Shown here in pieces: positions 1 to 9,936 of a DNA stretch of 64,000 bases (positions within the stretch are counted from its first letter, which is position 1; each line of letters begins with the position of its first letter). Under the pieces are notes generated by a model. It worked only from the letters and a program-made list of their open reading frames with translations, was not told the DNA's origin and searched no databases. The DNA is taken from contig JBEKSS010000009.1 in the NCBI GenBank assembly GCA_049516875.1, positions 62,833 through 126,832 of the forward strand, in the 5' to 3' direction. The position numbers and the translations under genes were made by a program. This stretch comes from Candidatus Bathyarchaeia archaeon (GTDB lineage Archaea > Thermoproteota > Bathyarchaeia > Bathyarchaeales > Bathycorpusculaceae).

Positions 1-51
1 CATCTGGCTTCTTCCAGCGTTCTCAACGCAGACGAAAAGGATTCTTTTCAT
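1..51 (-). CDS. arsC: N-terminus of arsenate reductase/LMW-PTP family protein (runs off window start)
   Basis: Reverse complement reads MKRILFVCVENAGRSQM (CX5R loop), identical to the N-terminus of 36362..36766. Confidence 0.85.
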   Translation of the reverse strand, partial: MKRILFVCVENAGRSQM

Positions 52-331
52 TCTTTCTTCACGTCCGTTGGAATGATGAAACAACGGGTTTAAAGTGTGT
101 CAGCGCGCGCTACGAGTGTCTGGCAAGCAGGGCCCTTATCTGCTCTTCAGTGCTTTTTTTCACCAGACTCGCCACAATATTAGTGAGATGGTCACTAAAT
201 AAACGCTTTTTCCTCATTAAAAGCGCGCGTAAGTCTTATTCGTGCAGCCCCATTTTTCTTGTTTGCTGCAAGAACGCCAAACAGTCAAATAGTCAGAATC
301 CAGTTCTATGCAATGGGACTGTGAGGGAAGA

Positions 332-985
332 ATGCGAAGTGCGAGAGTTGTGTCTTTTGATATGGACGGAACTTTAACCGACATCTCGTTTGCAGATTCC
401 GTGTGGCTGGAGGGAATACCTCGTTTGTACGCCCTTAAGAATGGTCTTGCGTTTGAAGATGCAAAAAACAGTGTGATGAACGAATATAACAAGGTCGGCA
501 GACAGAAGCTTGAATGGTATGATATAAGTTATTGGATAGCCAGGCTGGGCTTGAACGTTTCTCCCAAAGAGGTTTTGAATTCTTATCAACACAGAATCAG
601 GATTTTTCCGGATGCAATTGAGGTTCTGGAGGAGCTTGGGGATAGAGGATTTAGGCTAATCATGGTGACGAATGCCCATAGGGAGTTCGTCGATTTGGAG
701 CTTGAAAAGACGAAGATCATGCAGTATTTTGAACGTGTTTTTTCTCTAACTTCTGATTTTGGACTCGTCAAGAACACGGTTAGCGCTTACATGAAAGTGT
801 GCAACGTTTGCAATGTCTCTCCTGACGAAGTGGTTCACGTGGGTGATGATGAGTGTTTTGATTTTGACGTGCCTAGCAAAATGGGCATGACGGCCTTCTA
901 CCTCGATAGAACAGGTGGACACTCGGGGGAGTTTGTGGTTCGCAGTCTGAAAGAGTTTAGCGGAAAACTCGCAGAGCGTACTTAG
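332..985 (+). CDS. HAD-superfamily hydrolase
   Basis: Motif I FDMDGTL, motif II VTN, motif IV HVGDD..FD; ATG at 332 preferred over 308. Confidence 0.9.
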   Translation: MRSARVVSFDMDGTLTDISFADSVWLEGIPRLYALKNGLAFEDAKNSVMNEYNKVGRQKLEWYDISYWIARLGLNVSPKEVLNSYQHRIRIFPDAIEVLEELGDRGFRLIMVTNAHREFVDLELEKTKIMQYFERVFSLTSDFGLVKNTVSAYMKVCNVCNVSPDEVVHVGDDECFDFDVPSKMGMTAFYLDRTGGHSGEFVVRSLKEFSGKLAERT

Positions 986-1124
986 CGTGCTGAACTGGAT
1001 CGTGCGGTTTTTGATGGTCTTTTGCTGCAAAGCAGCGTTACGTGTGCGTTGCAAACTCGTTTTTTGCGGGGCAGATTGTGATAAGCTAAAATTGTGGTCT
1101 CTAGTTTAGACAAAGGGATGTCTG

Positions 1125-1919
1125 TTGTCGTCTCGACGAAGTCTTGAAAGGTTGAAAGGGAAAGCGCCGCAACTGCTGGTTTTAGCCCTCGTCGCCATTG
1201 TAATTCTAATCATCTTGTTGGAGACCTTGGAAGACACTTTGATCGAGGGAGGCACGTTCAAAGGCACACCTCTTGATATACTGTTGAACGCTGTCATCAT
1301 GCTTACGCGAGACGTTACTGCAGCCGTCTCGTCTTGGGGCTATGCTGGAATCTTCTTGTTGATGTTGCTTGAGGCAAGCTCTCTGCCCGTTCCAAGCGAG
1401 GTTGTACTCCCGTTCTCCGGCTACCTCGTTTCTCTAGGCCAGCTTAACTTGTGGCTAACCATTTTGGTTTCAACTCTTGCAGGAATAACGGGGTCGCTGA
1501 TTGACTACTACGTTGGAATGAAGGGAATAAACCTGCTCACCCGACGGAAAGCTCTGGGCAAACTCCTTCTTAATAAAGCGCGTTTGGAAACGGCCGAGAG
1601 GTGGTTCAGCAAGTACGGCTCCCTCGTTGTGTTTCTGGGCCGCATGATCCCGGGGTTCAGGACGCTGGTGTCTTTTCCAGCGGGGGCGGTAAAAATGTCG
1701 CTGACAAGGTTTATCGCATTCACACTGGCTGGATGTCTAGTCTGGAACGCGTTTCTAACTTACATCGGCGTGTATGTAGGTACTAACTGGCGAGAGGTCG
1801 CTGGTGTATCACACTACATAATCATAGGTGTCGTAGCGGTGATCCTGGTGGCGTTTGTCGTGTTCTTGATCAGAAGAAAAAGGGGAACCTGCGCGCATGC
1901 GTGTTCCGAAAATGGTTAA
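1125..1919 (+). CDS. DedA/SNARE-associated membrane protein; stop codon supplied by the inserted MITE
   Basis: LEASSLPVPSE, GRMIPGFRT and PAG motifs; the last 10 codons lie inside the repeat starting at 1891. Confidence 0.9.
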   Translation: MSSRRSLERLKGKAPQLLVLALVAIVILIILLETLEDTLIEGGTFKGTPLDILLNAVIMLTRDVTAAVSSWGYAGIFLLMLLEASSLPVPSEVVLPFSGYLVSLGQLNLWLTILVSTLAGITGSLIDYYVGMKGINLLTRRKALGKLLLNKARLETAERWFSKYGSLVVFLGRMIPGFRTLVSFPAGAVKMSLTRFIAFTLAGCLVWNAFLTYIGVYVGTNWREVAGVSHYIIIGVVAVILVAFVVFLIRRKRGTCAHACSENG

Positions 1920-2104
1920 AAATGGTATTTATTCTTTTTAGGGCTTTTGGAGGCAGTTTTGAGGCGCGCATCTGTTTTTGACCTACTTGCACTGTCCGTC
2001 TCAACACAGCCAAGACCTACTATCAAGCAAGTCCAAATCAAACGCAGATAGGCAAAAGAAGAATAGAAACCATTTTAGACCAATTTAGGAACAAGCATGC
2101 GCGC
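1891..2104. mobile_element. MITE-like element, copy 1 (family A)
   Basis: Imperfect TIRs GCGCGCATGCGTGTTCCGAAAATGGT...ACCATTTTAGACCAATTTAGGAACAAGCATGCGCGC; non-coding; interior differs from copies 2, 3 and 5. Confidence 0.8.
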
Positions 2105-2106
2105 TA

Positions 2107-3015
2107 CTAGGTTATGGATGCGAGGTATTTTTCCACCATGTGGTGGGGGTGGTAGCTGAGCTTTGCTTTTCTTAGGCCTGGTACTCCGAGGTCTTGTTCG
2201 CGGTTGACGAACTTGAAGCTTCTGAGGGCGTTTTGGCAGAACCATTGGTTGATGAGTTGGTATAGGCCTGTGATTTCGGGGTTGACTTTCTCGAAGTGTA
2301 TGACTGCTGTGTCGTTGTTGAGTGGTTCTGCAATTGTGAAGGCTTCGAGTTTGCCGTCGACGTAGGCGGCGCCGCCGGACACTGCTAGGAGTTCGTAGTT
2401 GTCGAAGATTGTTTTGATTGCCTTGTTTTCTGCTTCAAGGCTTGGGACGGAGTCGCATTTGCGGAGGTTGCACCATTCTGTTTGAAGCTGGAGGCAGTCG
2501 TTCACGACCGTGGCGTTGAGCTTCGCGTACTCGCACTTGTAGGTGGAAACGCAGCGGGTTATGAAGTTGCGTTTTGAATGGTACTTGTCGCCTGGAAGAT
2601 CGGCGAGGTCGCTGGTTAGGTAGACGTAGTCCCAGTCGTCCCTGTCTGGCTCAACGCGAAATCTTTGGCTAAGCTGCTTTGCCTGTTCTGATTCCATGCT
2701 GTAGAAGAGCATCTTGGGGTGATTCTCGGCTGCCGCCTTTTTCATGCTTTCTAGCACTGCGGAGATTGGTTCTTTTGTTAGGGGTGGCAGAAGCACGTTT
2801 TTGCCGTCGCGTATTCTCTTGCGTTGCAGCAGCACTGTTTTGTCTAGGCGTGAGAGCTGGACTGGTCCGGCCTCGTTCCACACGAAGAGGTTTGTGAAGG
2901 TAAGCTCCGACATTTGCGGTTGCATCACTTTGAAGAGTGGGTCGAGAAGGGCTTTGTCCACTATGGTTAGGTTTCGGAACTTGGGGAATTCTGGAAGCAC
3001 ATCGTTTCCGTTCAA
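2107..3015 (-). CDS. DUF2156 / phosphatidylglycerol lysyltransferase C-terminal-like (GNAT fold) protein
   Basis: DYVY, HFEK and VNREQDLGVPGLRKAKLSYHP motifs. Confidence 0.85.
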   Translation of the reverse strand: MNGNDVLPEFPKFRNLTIVDKALLDPLFKVMQPQMSELTFTNLFVWNEAGPVQLSRLDKTVLLQRKRIRDGKNVLLPPLTKEPISAVLESMKKAAAENHPKMLFYSMESEQAKQLSQRFRVEPDRDDWDYVYLTSDLADLPGDKYHSKRNFITRCVSTYKCEYAKLNATVVNDCLQLQTEWCNLRKCDSVPSLEAENKAIKTIFDNYELLAVSGGAAYVDGKLEAFTIAEPLNNDTAVIHFEKVNPEITGLYQLINQWFCQNALRSFKFVNREQDLGVPGLRKAKLSYHPHHMVEKYLASIT

Positions 3016-3084
3016 GGTTCTATTTTCCTGGCAGTCTTGCTTTTCGGATCGAGAGGGTGAATCTCTGGGGACGTTGAAGGCAGG

Positions 3085-3402
3085 CTAGAGTTTCTGGGTC
3101 TGTCTGAAAAGGTTCTGTAGTACCTGTGCGGATGTGAAGAGGGCGCGGTTGCCTCCGACGTAGTATGATACTCTTATAGTTTCGATGATTTCGTCTTTTG
3201 TGGCTCCGAGTTTGAGGGCTCTTCGACCTAGGGCCGTGGCGCCTTGTAATGCGCCGTGTTCCACGTCGATGGCCAAGGCTATCAACACTTTGAACTTCTG
3301 GGGCAGGACCCCTTCGGAAAAGACAAGGTCCTGCAGCCTGTTGTAAGACTCGATAACTTTTGGATCAAATTCACTGTAAACGTCCAAAGGGTTTGCGGAC
3401 AC
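3085..3402 (-). CDS. Carboxymuconolactone decarboxylase/AhpD-like protein
   Basis: LPQKFKVLIALAID...GATKDEIIETI pattern. Confidence 0.8.
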   Translation of the reverse strand: MSANPLDVYSEFDPKVIESYNRLQDLVFSEGVLPQKFKVLIALAIDVEHGALQGATALGRRALKLGATKDEIIETIRVSYYVGGNRALFTSAQVLQNLFRQTQKL

Positions 3403-3639
3403 ATCATCACCTAGAAGCTCATAGTAAGCCCTTCTGGAAATAAAGCTTCGTCAATGGAAACTGTCAACTTAATGGACATTGACTGATTTTGTTTGCAACG
3501 TCTTCTTGAAGCACGCGCGCTGCTTGTTTTTGAACATAAGACCCAGCGCGCGCTTGGAGGCAAGTGTGGCGGATTCATGGTTTTGATTAGTGTTAATAGT
3601 GGTCCTGCTTCTATCTTAAAGCTGTAGTTGGAGGTTCGA

Positions 3640-3906
3640 TTGTTGCCTTACGTTAAGCCTGAGAACAGAGTGAAGTACGAGAAGGTTCTTGATGAACTCA
3701 TAGGTACCCTGAAGTCTCTGCCCATGGAGGAGGTGGATGGAGAGCTAAACTATGTTGTGACGAAGATACTCAGGGAAATCTATCCCCTTCGATACTTTCA
3801 CATCAACAAAGCCGTAGGCGTCCTAGAATGCGTCAAGCTCGAATTCTACAGAAGAGTTGCAGCACCGTACGAGGACGAAAAGATCAAAGAATCCGGCGAT
3901 GTGTAA
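3640..3906 (+). CDS. Conserved small hypothetical protein (DUF6899-like, recalled family)
   Basis: GELNY..T, GVLEC.KLEFYRR...PYED.K...GDV pattern; GGAGG upstream. Confidence 0.6.
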   Translation: MLPYVKPENRVKYEKVLDELIGTLKSLPMEEVDGELNYVVTKILREIYPLRYFHINKAVGVLECVKLEFYRRVAAPYEDEKIKESGDV

Positions 3907-3950
3907 GACATCAATCAAACAGCCCATAGAAACCCCTGCTTTCACGTTTG

Positions 3951-4745
3951 TTATTGCCCCGTTCTTGCATTCGCTTTTGTTCGACTTCTTTTTTTAGACT
4001 GGTTCTCCAAGACTTCTACTGCCTTTATGGCGATGCGCATCTCTTCCTTGATTGCCTCTTGAACGCGTTCACCCATCTCTCCGGTCTTTTCGCCAGGCTC
4101 AAATTCGCCCTTCCCCACACCCATTAAGGGTTTGCTATCAACCGCCAAGATGGCTCCAGCCCTCAACCTCTTAAGCTTTGCAAGCGTGAATATCACGGAG
4201 CACTCCATCTCAACAGATAAAACATCAAACCTGCTCCAGCGTTTCAGGCTGTCCATGCTACCATAGAAGGCGTCCGACGTTAAGACAGGACCGAAATGAA
4301 GGTTCCGCTTCGACTCTTGTGCTGCTTGAACCAGTGCTGTGGTCACGTTGAAATCTGCGACGGCAGGATACTCAACTGGCACGTAGTTTCTTGAAGTTCC
4401 GTCGCCGCGTACAGCAGCAGACGCGATAACGATGTCGCCAACCTCTACATCGGGTTGCAGGCTGCCCGTCGTTCCAACCCGTATAAACGTTTCAGCCCCA
4501 ATCCTCGCCAACTCCTCCACAACAATCGCCGCCGACGGACACCCGATTCCCGTTGAACAAGCAGAAACTCCTATGCCATCAACGCTGCCCGTGTACGTCA
4601 CAAGCCCCCGATAATCCCCAACCTTCACACTCTGATCAAAAAAACCCGCAACTCTCTCAACTCTCTTTGGATCTCCCGAAATCAAAACGTACTTAGCAAC
4701 ATCCCCCACCCCACACATGATGTGAGGCTGCAACCGCTTCCTCAT
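3951..4745 (-). CDS. Uridine/purine nucleoside phosphorylase (PNP_UDP_1)
   Basis: GDPKRV, STGIGCPS, RVGTTG and VEME motifs; start at MRKRLQPH. Confidence 0.9.
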   Translation of the reverse strand: MRKRLQPHIMCGVGDVAKYVLISGDPKRVERVAGFFDQSVKVGDYRGLVTYTGSVDGIGVSACSTGIGCPSAAIVVEELARIGAETFIRVGTTGSLQPDVEVGDIVIASAAVRGDGTSRNYVPVEYPAVADFNVTTALVQAAQESKRNLHFGPVLTSDAFYGSMDSLKRWSRFDVLSVEMECSVIFTLAKLKRLRAGAILAVDSKPLMGVGKGEFEPGEKTGEMGERVQEAIKEEMRIAIKAVEVLENQSKKRSRTKANARTGQ

Positions 4746-4946
4746 CAAAATCCCCAAACTCAATACGCAAGACCGCAAATTATGTTTTCTGATAGGGGGT
4801 TCTGTCAGCTGGGTCCCAAGCGAATAGGGTGTCATATAGATTAACCAAAGGGGCTCTTTCTTTTCTGAAAACCGATTCTATTAACTATTAAGGGCTTAGT
4901 GAAAGAAAAAGGGTTGAGTGTTAGCTGGCAAGGCTTCATGCTTGGT

Positions 4947-5271
4947 TTATGTGACAGAGTTCCATATGTTTATCGAGTCTGTTCCGGGCACTTCAAAAGT
5001 CGTAAACTCGGTAAATCGTCGTCATAAATTCCTTGTCTTGCATCACCCTGCTGAAACACTTTTCAACGTCCGCCAAGCTCTCAAACTCCCACATTTCAAC
5101 GTACCCGCCCCAGTTGCCGCCCAGCATTTGAGCAAACATCTTGTACGATTTTACCTCTTTAAACAACTCCGGGCGCTTCTCTTTCCATGCAAAGAATTTC
5201 TTGACGAATGCTGGGAAATCTGCCTGCTTTTCTGGTTTTATCAAGTACGTTTCCACCATGAAAGTAGCCAT
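4947..5271 (-). pseudogene. Small dimeric alpha/beta-barrel-like protein with probable frameshift near 5010
   Basis: ORF 4993..5271 ends IYRVYDF*; a shifted frame continues EFTTFEVPGTDSINIWNSVT* to 4947; strong GGAGG RBS. Confidence 0.5.
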
Positions 5272-5671
5272 CCTCCCACCTCCTCTTCTTGTACGCTGAG
5301 CAATAATTCGAAGCAGTACTAATGGTTTAAGCCTCCATTGTCTATGTCCGAACAGCCAACCAGAATCCGACAGTGCGCGTCAATCATGCCACGCATTTCC
5401 CCATGAGACGTGCACTCAGATCTATCACGAGTGTAAGAATAGATTTGGAACAGAATAGGATCTAATTCTGAGCTAATTCTGAAAAACGCCTTTATAATTC
5501 GCAGGCCATGACGAGTTTGGAGGTTGAGAACAAATCGGCAACACCTATTCCTTCAAAAAGGGCTCGTAAAGGCCCAGAGAAGTCAAGCTTTTTTCGTCTC
5601 TCCTTTCTCCTCCTACTGCTCTGGGCCCTTGCGAGAACTCGAGAAGGAGTGGGTTATGCTGATGCATCGAG

Positions 5672-5854
5672 GTGGAGAAAATGAACACACAATTGCTGCT
5701 CGAAGAGAAACATGCCGTGCTGAAGAATGAACTCAGCGAGAACTTGCAGAAGAAACATTCTTTGGAATTGAAAATCAACGAACAGTTCGAGCAACTGAAA
5801 AGAATAGAGATTTCACTGGAAAGACGCGCTCGTACAACAGCAGACGAGGAGTAG
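5672..5854 (+). CDS. Small coiled-coil hypothetical protein
   Basis: 60-aa ORF with heptad Leu/Glu/Lys pattern. Confidence 0.4.
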   Translation: MEKMNTQLLLEEKHAVLKNELSENLQKKHSLELKINEQFEQLKRIEISLERRARTTADEE

Positions 5855-5869
5855 CAATCTTAGCACGCA

Positions 5870-6040
5870 TTCTTAATAGTTCCAACTCTAGTCTCACTCG
5901 TCAAATACCCAACGGCAAAGGCTGACACGTTGTACGTGCCCGTTTTCAGGCCTTCGGAAATACTTTAATGTCCAGAGCTGTTCGTCAAAGCGCCTCTTGA
6001 GCCGTTGTCACCAGTAGCGGATACAATGGCGCCGGCGCGC
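5870..6040 (-). pseudogene. Fragment of a carboxypeptidase-regulatory-like repeat gene, paralogous to 6175..7527
   Basis: Translates GAIVSATGDNGSRGALTNSSGH*SISEGLKTGTYNVSAFAVGYLTSE versus GARVYAEGDNGSGSAITDSSGHYTLTTGLMTGTYNLTTLAYGYIDSE; begins at GCGCGC 6035-6040. Confidence 0.7.
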
Positions 6041-6174
6041 GCTTTGCTTAAGCGTTGTTTGCTTGTTGATGCTTTGATCTTTGCGATAACGGGCGCGCAA
6101 AACAAACAATCATAAATCAGTCCTTGAAGCTGCAATGTAGCGGTCATAAGCCTTTAATACAGAGATCCCAGAAA

Positions 6175-7527
6175 ATGTTCTTCAGGAGGAAAAGCAAATT
6201 GTCTAAGCGGTGGTTGCTAGCAGATGTCCTAATGTTTGCCATAGCTTTAAGCTTCGCAGCTCAAATATGCATCTTCAATACCACAACGAAACAGAATGCC
6301 GTGGGAATCGTCTACGGCGCCAACGGTCCACTCGGAGGCGCGCGGGTGTATGCAGAAGGAGACAACGGCTCAGGATCCGCCATAACCGACAGTTCCGGAC
6401 ACTACACTCTGACTACGGGCCTGATGACTGGGACTTACAACTTGACAACCTTGGCCTACGGGTACATTGACAGCGAAGTAGACTCCGTAAGCGTAACAGT
6501 TGGCCAAACCACATCAGGCGTGAACTTTGACCTACAGCTTTCCGGCGCAATCTCAGGCATAGTCACTGACGCAGTGAGCCAGAGCCCGATCAACGGCACT
6601 GTAATCTTCGCGAACCTTGCAAACGGTTCTGGAACCTTTGGATTTTTCGGCACCACAGGGACTGATGGGAAATACTTCATGGCGACAAACCTGCCAACCG
6701 GAACGTACAACGTCTCAATGGAAATCGCACCAGACGGATATTTCCGTCAAATGACGACGGCAAACGTCGTTGCGGGAGTTGAAACCAAGAATGTAAACCT
6801 TGCCCTAGCAAGATCGGGAATCCTCTCAGGAAAGGTAGCGGCACCAAACGGCACAGGCCTCTTCGACATTGATGTCATAGCTTCTAATGGCACCACGTAC
6901 TTTGGTACTGCCACAACGGATTCATCAGGCAACTACAGGATTGCCACAGGACTGGGAACAGGCACCTACACCGTGGAAGCTTTCGGTGACGGAAACTTCA
7001 CAACGTACACTGGCACTGTGGCGGTTACTGCTGGCCAAGAGACGAGCGGCATAAACATGGAATTAACCCCCATCACGACGCCTCCGACACCTTCGGGCAC
7101 GATAACCGGACGCGTAACAGACCAGAGCAACAACCCTATTAGATTCGCGTCGGTCACGGCCAGTGGGAGCGGCGGCTTCGGTTCAGGCGATACCGACAGC
7201 AACGGCTACTACAACATCTCAAGCGGATTGGGAGACGGAAACGACTACAACGTCACTGCAACGGCATCAGGCTATTATGATGCATCTTATCCAACTCTCG
7301 TCAGTGTCACAGTCGGCCAGACAACACCCAACATCAACATCCAGATGACCGCGCAGCCAGCACAAACCTTCGGAACCATCACCGGCACCGTTACAGGAGC
7401 TTCAAACCCGATTCCAGAGTTTCAGTACCCATTGATGGCAATGCTCTCACTGACACTCGTAGCTGCGGTAGCAGGCAAACTGATGCTCAAAACGAAACGC
7501 CACAAGAACGCGGACAACGCACCATAA
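6175..7527 (+). CDS. Secreted surface protein with four carboxypeptidase-regulatory-like repeats and PEF-CTERM sorting signal
   Basis: N-terminal hydrophobic segment, repeated T..TD..G.Y...TGL.TGTY.V units, C-terminal IPEF + TM helix + basic tail. Confidence 0.85.
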   Translation: MFFRRKSKLSKRWLLADVLMFAIALSFAAQICIFNTTTKQNAVGIVYGANGPLGGARVYAEGDNGSGSAITDSSGHYTLTTGLMTGTYNLTTLAYGYIDSEVDSVSVTVGQTTSGVNFDLQLSGAISGIVTDAVSQSPINGTVIFANLANGSGTFGFFGTTGTDGKYFMATNLPTGTYNVSMEIAPDGYFRQMTTANVVAGVETKNVNLALARSGILSGKVAAPNGTGLFDIDVIASNGTTYFGTATTDSSGNYRIATGLGTGTYTVEAFGDGNFTTYTGTVAVTAGQETSGINMELTPITTPPTPSGTITGRVTDQSNNPIRFASVTASGSGGFGSGDTDSNGYYNISSGLGDGNDYNVTATASGYYDASYPTLVSVTVGQTTPNINIQMTAQPAQTFGTITGTVTGASNPIPEFQYPLMAMLSLTLVAAVAGKLMLKTKRHKNADNAP

Positions 7528-8314
7528 AATCTCTCCTTTTTTTTGTCAAAAACCCTTTCGCATCCAATATGCGACCCTCGTGCCCCTTGTTACAGCCCAA
7601 AAACAGTTCTCTTTCTCAAATTCTTGAAGAATACTTACATCAAACAATAAGTTTCTATCCGAACAGAAGCTGAACAGCATCTTTTTCCACCTAGAAAATT
7701 CAGTACAGACCCCCTTCAAGTTCTCGCAAGGGCCCGGAGCAGGGGCTTGGAGGAGAAAGGAGAGTGAAAAAGCTTTTCAACTTCTCCGGGCCTTCACGAG
7801 TCCATCTGGAGGGATGGGGCGTTGCTGATTCGTCTCAGCTTCCGATGTTCCCATTGCTCGTGAGCTATTAAGGGGTTTTTCAGAATTAAGTCCAAATCCT
7901 TTCCAAATCTTTTTTACTTCACTTGTGGTTGCAGGTGGCCTTACAAATGTTGAGTAAAAGTGGCTGGAAGGAGTCGGATCCATCCGTACAGCTTGTGCTC
8001 ATCGTCTTCGGTCTCCAACAGTTCCATGATTTCAGGGCAGTGGTAGAGGAATTTTAACCCCTTGTCGGTTGTCTTGGACACAACTGTCTCGTCCAACGAT
8101 GCCTGTCCAGCAGTTTGGTGTCAATCACAAGTTTGAGGTACCCGTTCAGCATAAGGTAACTCAGCCCTGCCTTCCACGTTATATTTACTCTTCAACGCGC
8201 CGTCACGCGCCATTTCGCGCGCGCTTACGATTTGAAGGCGAGAGATCATTAGCAGCGAAGAAACTTTAAGACCTGCGCGCCAACTCTTTTTCAGTGTTGG
8301 AGGAAATCTGACGC

Positions 8315-9208
8315 TTGAGCAAGCAGAAGAAACTCATCGATAGACCCGTTCCGAAACGCCCCCTGGGTTCAACAGGCGAAATGGTGTCTCTGCTGGCCGT
8401 CGGGGGCTATCACATAGGCTCACCCTCTGACCCTCGAGTCGGTGTTGAGATAATTCGGACGGCCATCGATAACGGAGTCAATTTCTTCGACAACGCATGT
8501 TGTTACCACAACGGGAGAAGCGAAGAAATAATGGGACGAGCACTCAGAGAGGGCTACCGAGAAAAAGTGGTTTTGATGACGAAGAACCACGGCCGCGACT
8601 ACGACACGTACAAGAAGCGACTGCAGCAGAGCCTAACCAGGCTCCAAACCGACTGCATAGACGTAGTTCAATTTCACGAAATAATCCAGGAAGGCATACC
8701 TGAAAAACTCTTTAAGGACGGAGCCATCGACGCGGCGGTAGAAGCCAGGAAGGAAGGGAAAATCCGTTTCATAGGCTTCACAGGCCACAAATGGCCAAGC
8801 CTATTCTTGGAAATGCTGCAAAAGAATTTCAAGTGGGACACGGTTCAACTGCCACTGAATGTCTTAGACTATCATTATAGAAGCTTCACGAAAGAAATCC
8901 TGCCCATATTGCTTGAAAAGAAAATCGGAATGATAGGAATGAAAAGCATGGCCGGAGGAGACGCTCTGGAAATCGGCGGCTTAACACCACAGGAGTGCCT
9001 CCGATATTCCATGTCGCTACCAGTATCGACTGTAGTCGTCGGAATGGACTCCATGCAGCTTCTTAAGCAGAACCTTGAAACCGCTTCAAAATTCAAGATG
9101 ATGTCCGACAGCGAAAAATCCGATTTTCGCCAGAAAACTCGGCCGCACGCAGAAAACGGTGAATATGAACTTTACAAGACAAGCACAAGCTACGATAGCG
9201 GGCTCTGA
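8315..9208 (+). CDS. Aldo/keto reductase
   Basis: GVNFFDNA..Y..G.SE, LMTK, QFH and GFTGH motifs. Confidence 0.9.
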   Translation: MSKQKKLIDRPVPKRPLGSTGEMVSLLAVGGYHIGSPSDPRVGVEIIRTAIDNGVNFFDNACCYHNGRSEEIMGRALREGYREKVVLMTKNHGRDYDTYKKRLQQSLTRLQTDCIDVVQFHEIIQEGIPEKLFKDGAIDAAVEARKEGKIRFIGFTGHKWPSLFLEMLQKNFKWDTVQLPLNVLDYHYRSFTKEILPILLEKKIGMIGMKSMAGGDALEIGGLTPQECLRYSMSLPVSTVVVGMDSMQLLKQNLETASKFKMMSDSEKSDFRQKTRPHAENGEYELYKTSTSYDSGL

Positions 9209-9243
9209 CCGACTACGCACGGCATACAGCGTTGTGGCAGGCT

Positions 9244-9834
9244 TTAGGGGTTTCGGTATTTCTCCTCAAGAATCTTGTTCAAGAACCTCTGAGCCTGCCT
9301 TGCCGAAAGCCTTGCATGTTCAAGATCATCTAGCTCTTTTCTCTTCTCCCATTTTGATCCCGCAGCGATTGACCGAATAGTCTCCTTCGTTTCCCAAGGA
9401 AAAACTATCCAGCAAGACGTTTTCTTTTCACGGTAGTCAGGTTCGACAACGCTCCACGGCTTCGTGTACATGGTCACAGTCCTCACTTCCCTTGCTCCTT
9501 CTCTGATGGTGTGCGCTTTTGCCAGTCTCAGGCTCTTCCCCGTGTCCACAACTTCATCAACGACGAGCACTCTCTTACCCGAGACCGCCGTTGACAGTGG
9601 CTGCGTCAGCCTCGGTTGACGCTTCCTCTCGCCGACACCTGTGTAGAATTCGACTCCGATGTTTGCCAGCACAGGAGCACTTAACAGGTCACACAGCACG
9701 CGAGCAGGAACCCAGCCTCCCCTCGAAACACCGACTACCACATCCGGCACAAACCCGCTCCTAACAATCTTTCTGGCCAGACTCAGAAGAACGTTATACA
9801 TTTGGTTCCACGTTAAAACTTCAAACTCTGTCAC
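9244..9834 (-). CDS. Purine phosphoribosyltransferase family protein
   Basis: VSRGG, PRPP motif VLVVDEVVDTGKS, WIVFPWE. Confidence 0.9.
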   Translation of the reverse strand: MTEFEVLTWNQMYNVLLSLARKIVRSGFVPDVVVGVSRGGWVPARVLCDLLSAPVLANIGVEFYTGVGERKRQPRLTQPLSTAVSGKRVLVVDEVVDTGKSLRLAKAHTIREGAREVRTVTMYTKPWSVVEPDYREKKTSCWIVFPWETKETIRSIAAGSKWEKRKELDDLEHARLSARQAQRFLNKILEEKYRNP

Positions 9835-9936
9835 TCGCGTCTTCGTACTCCAGCCACCGTTTTGATAGATTCTGCTAGTCCACGAATTAATAATTATGCA
9901 TGCATTGCGCTCACGGTTTGGTTCGCGTGCTTATTC

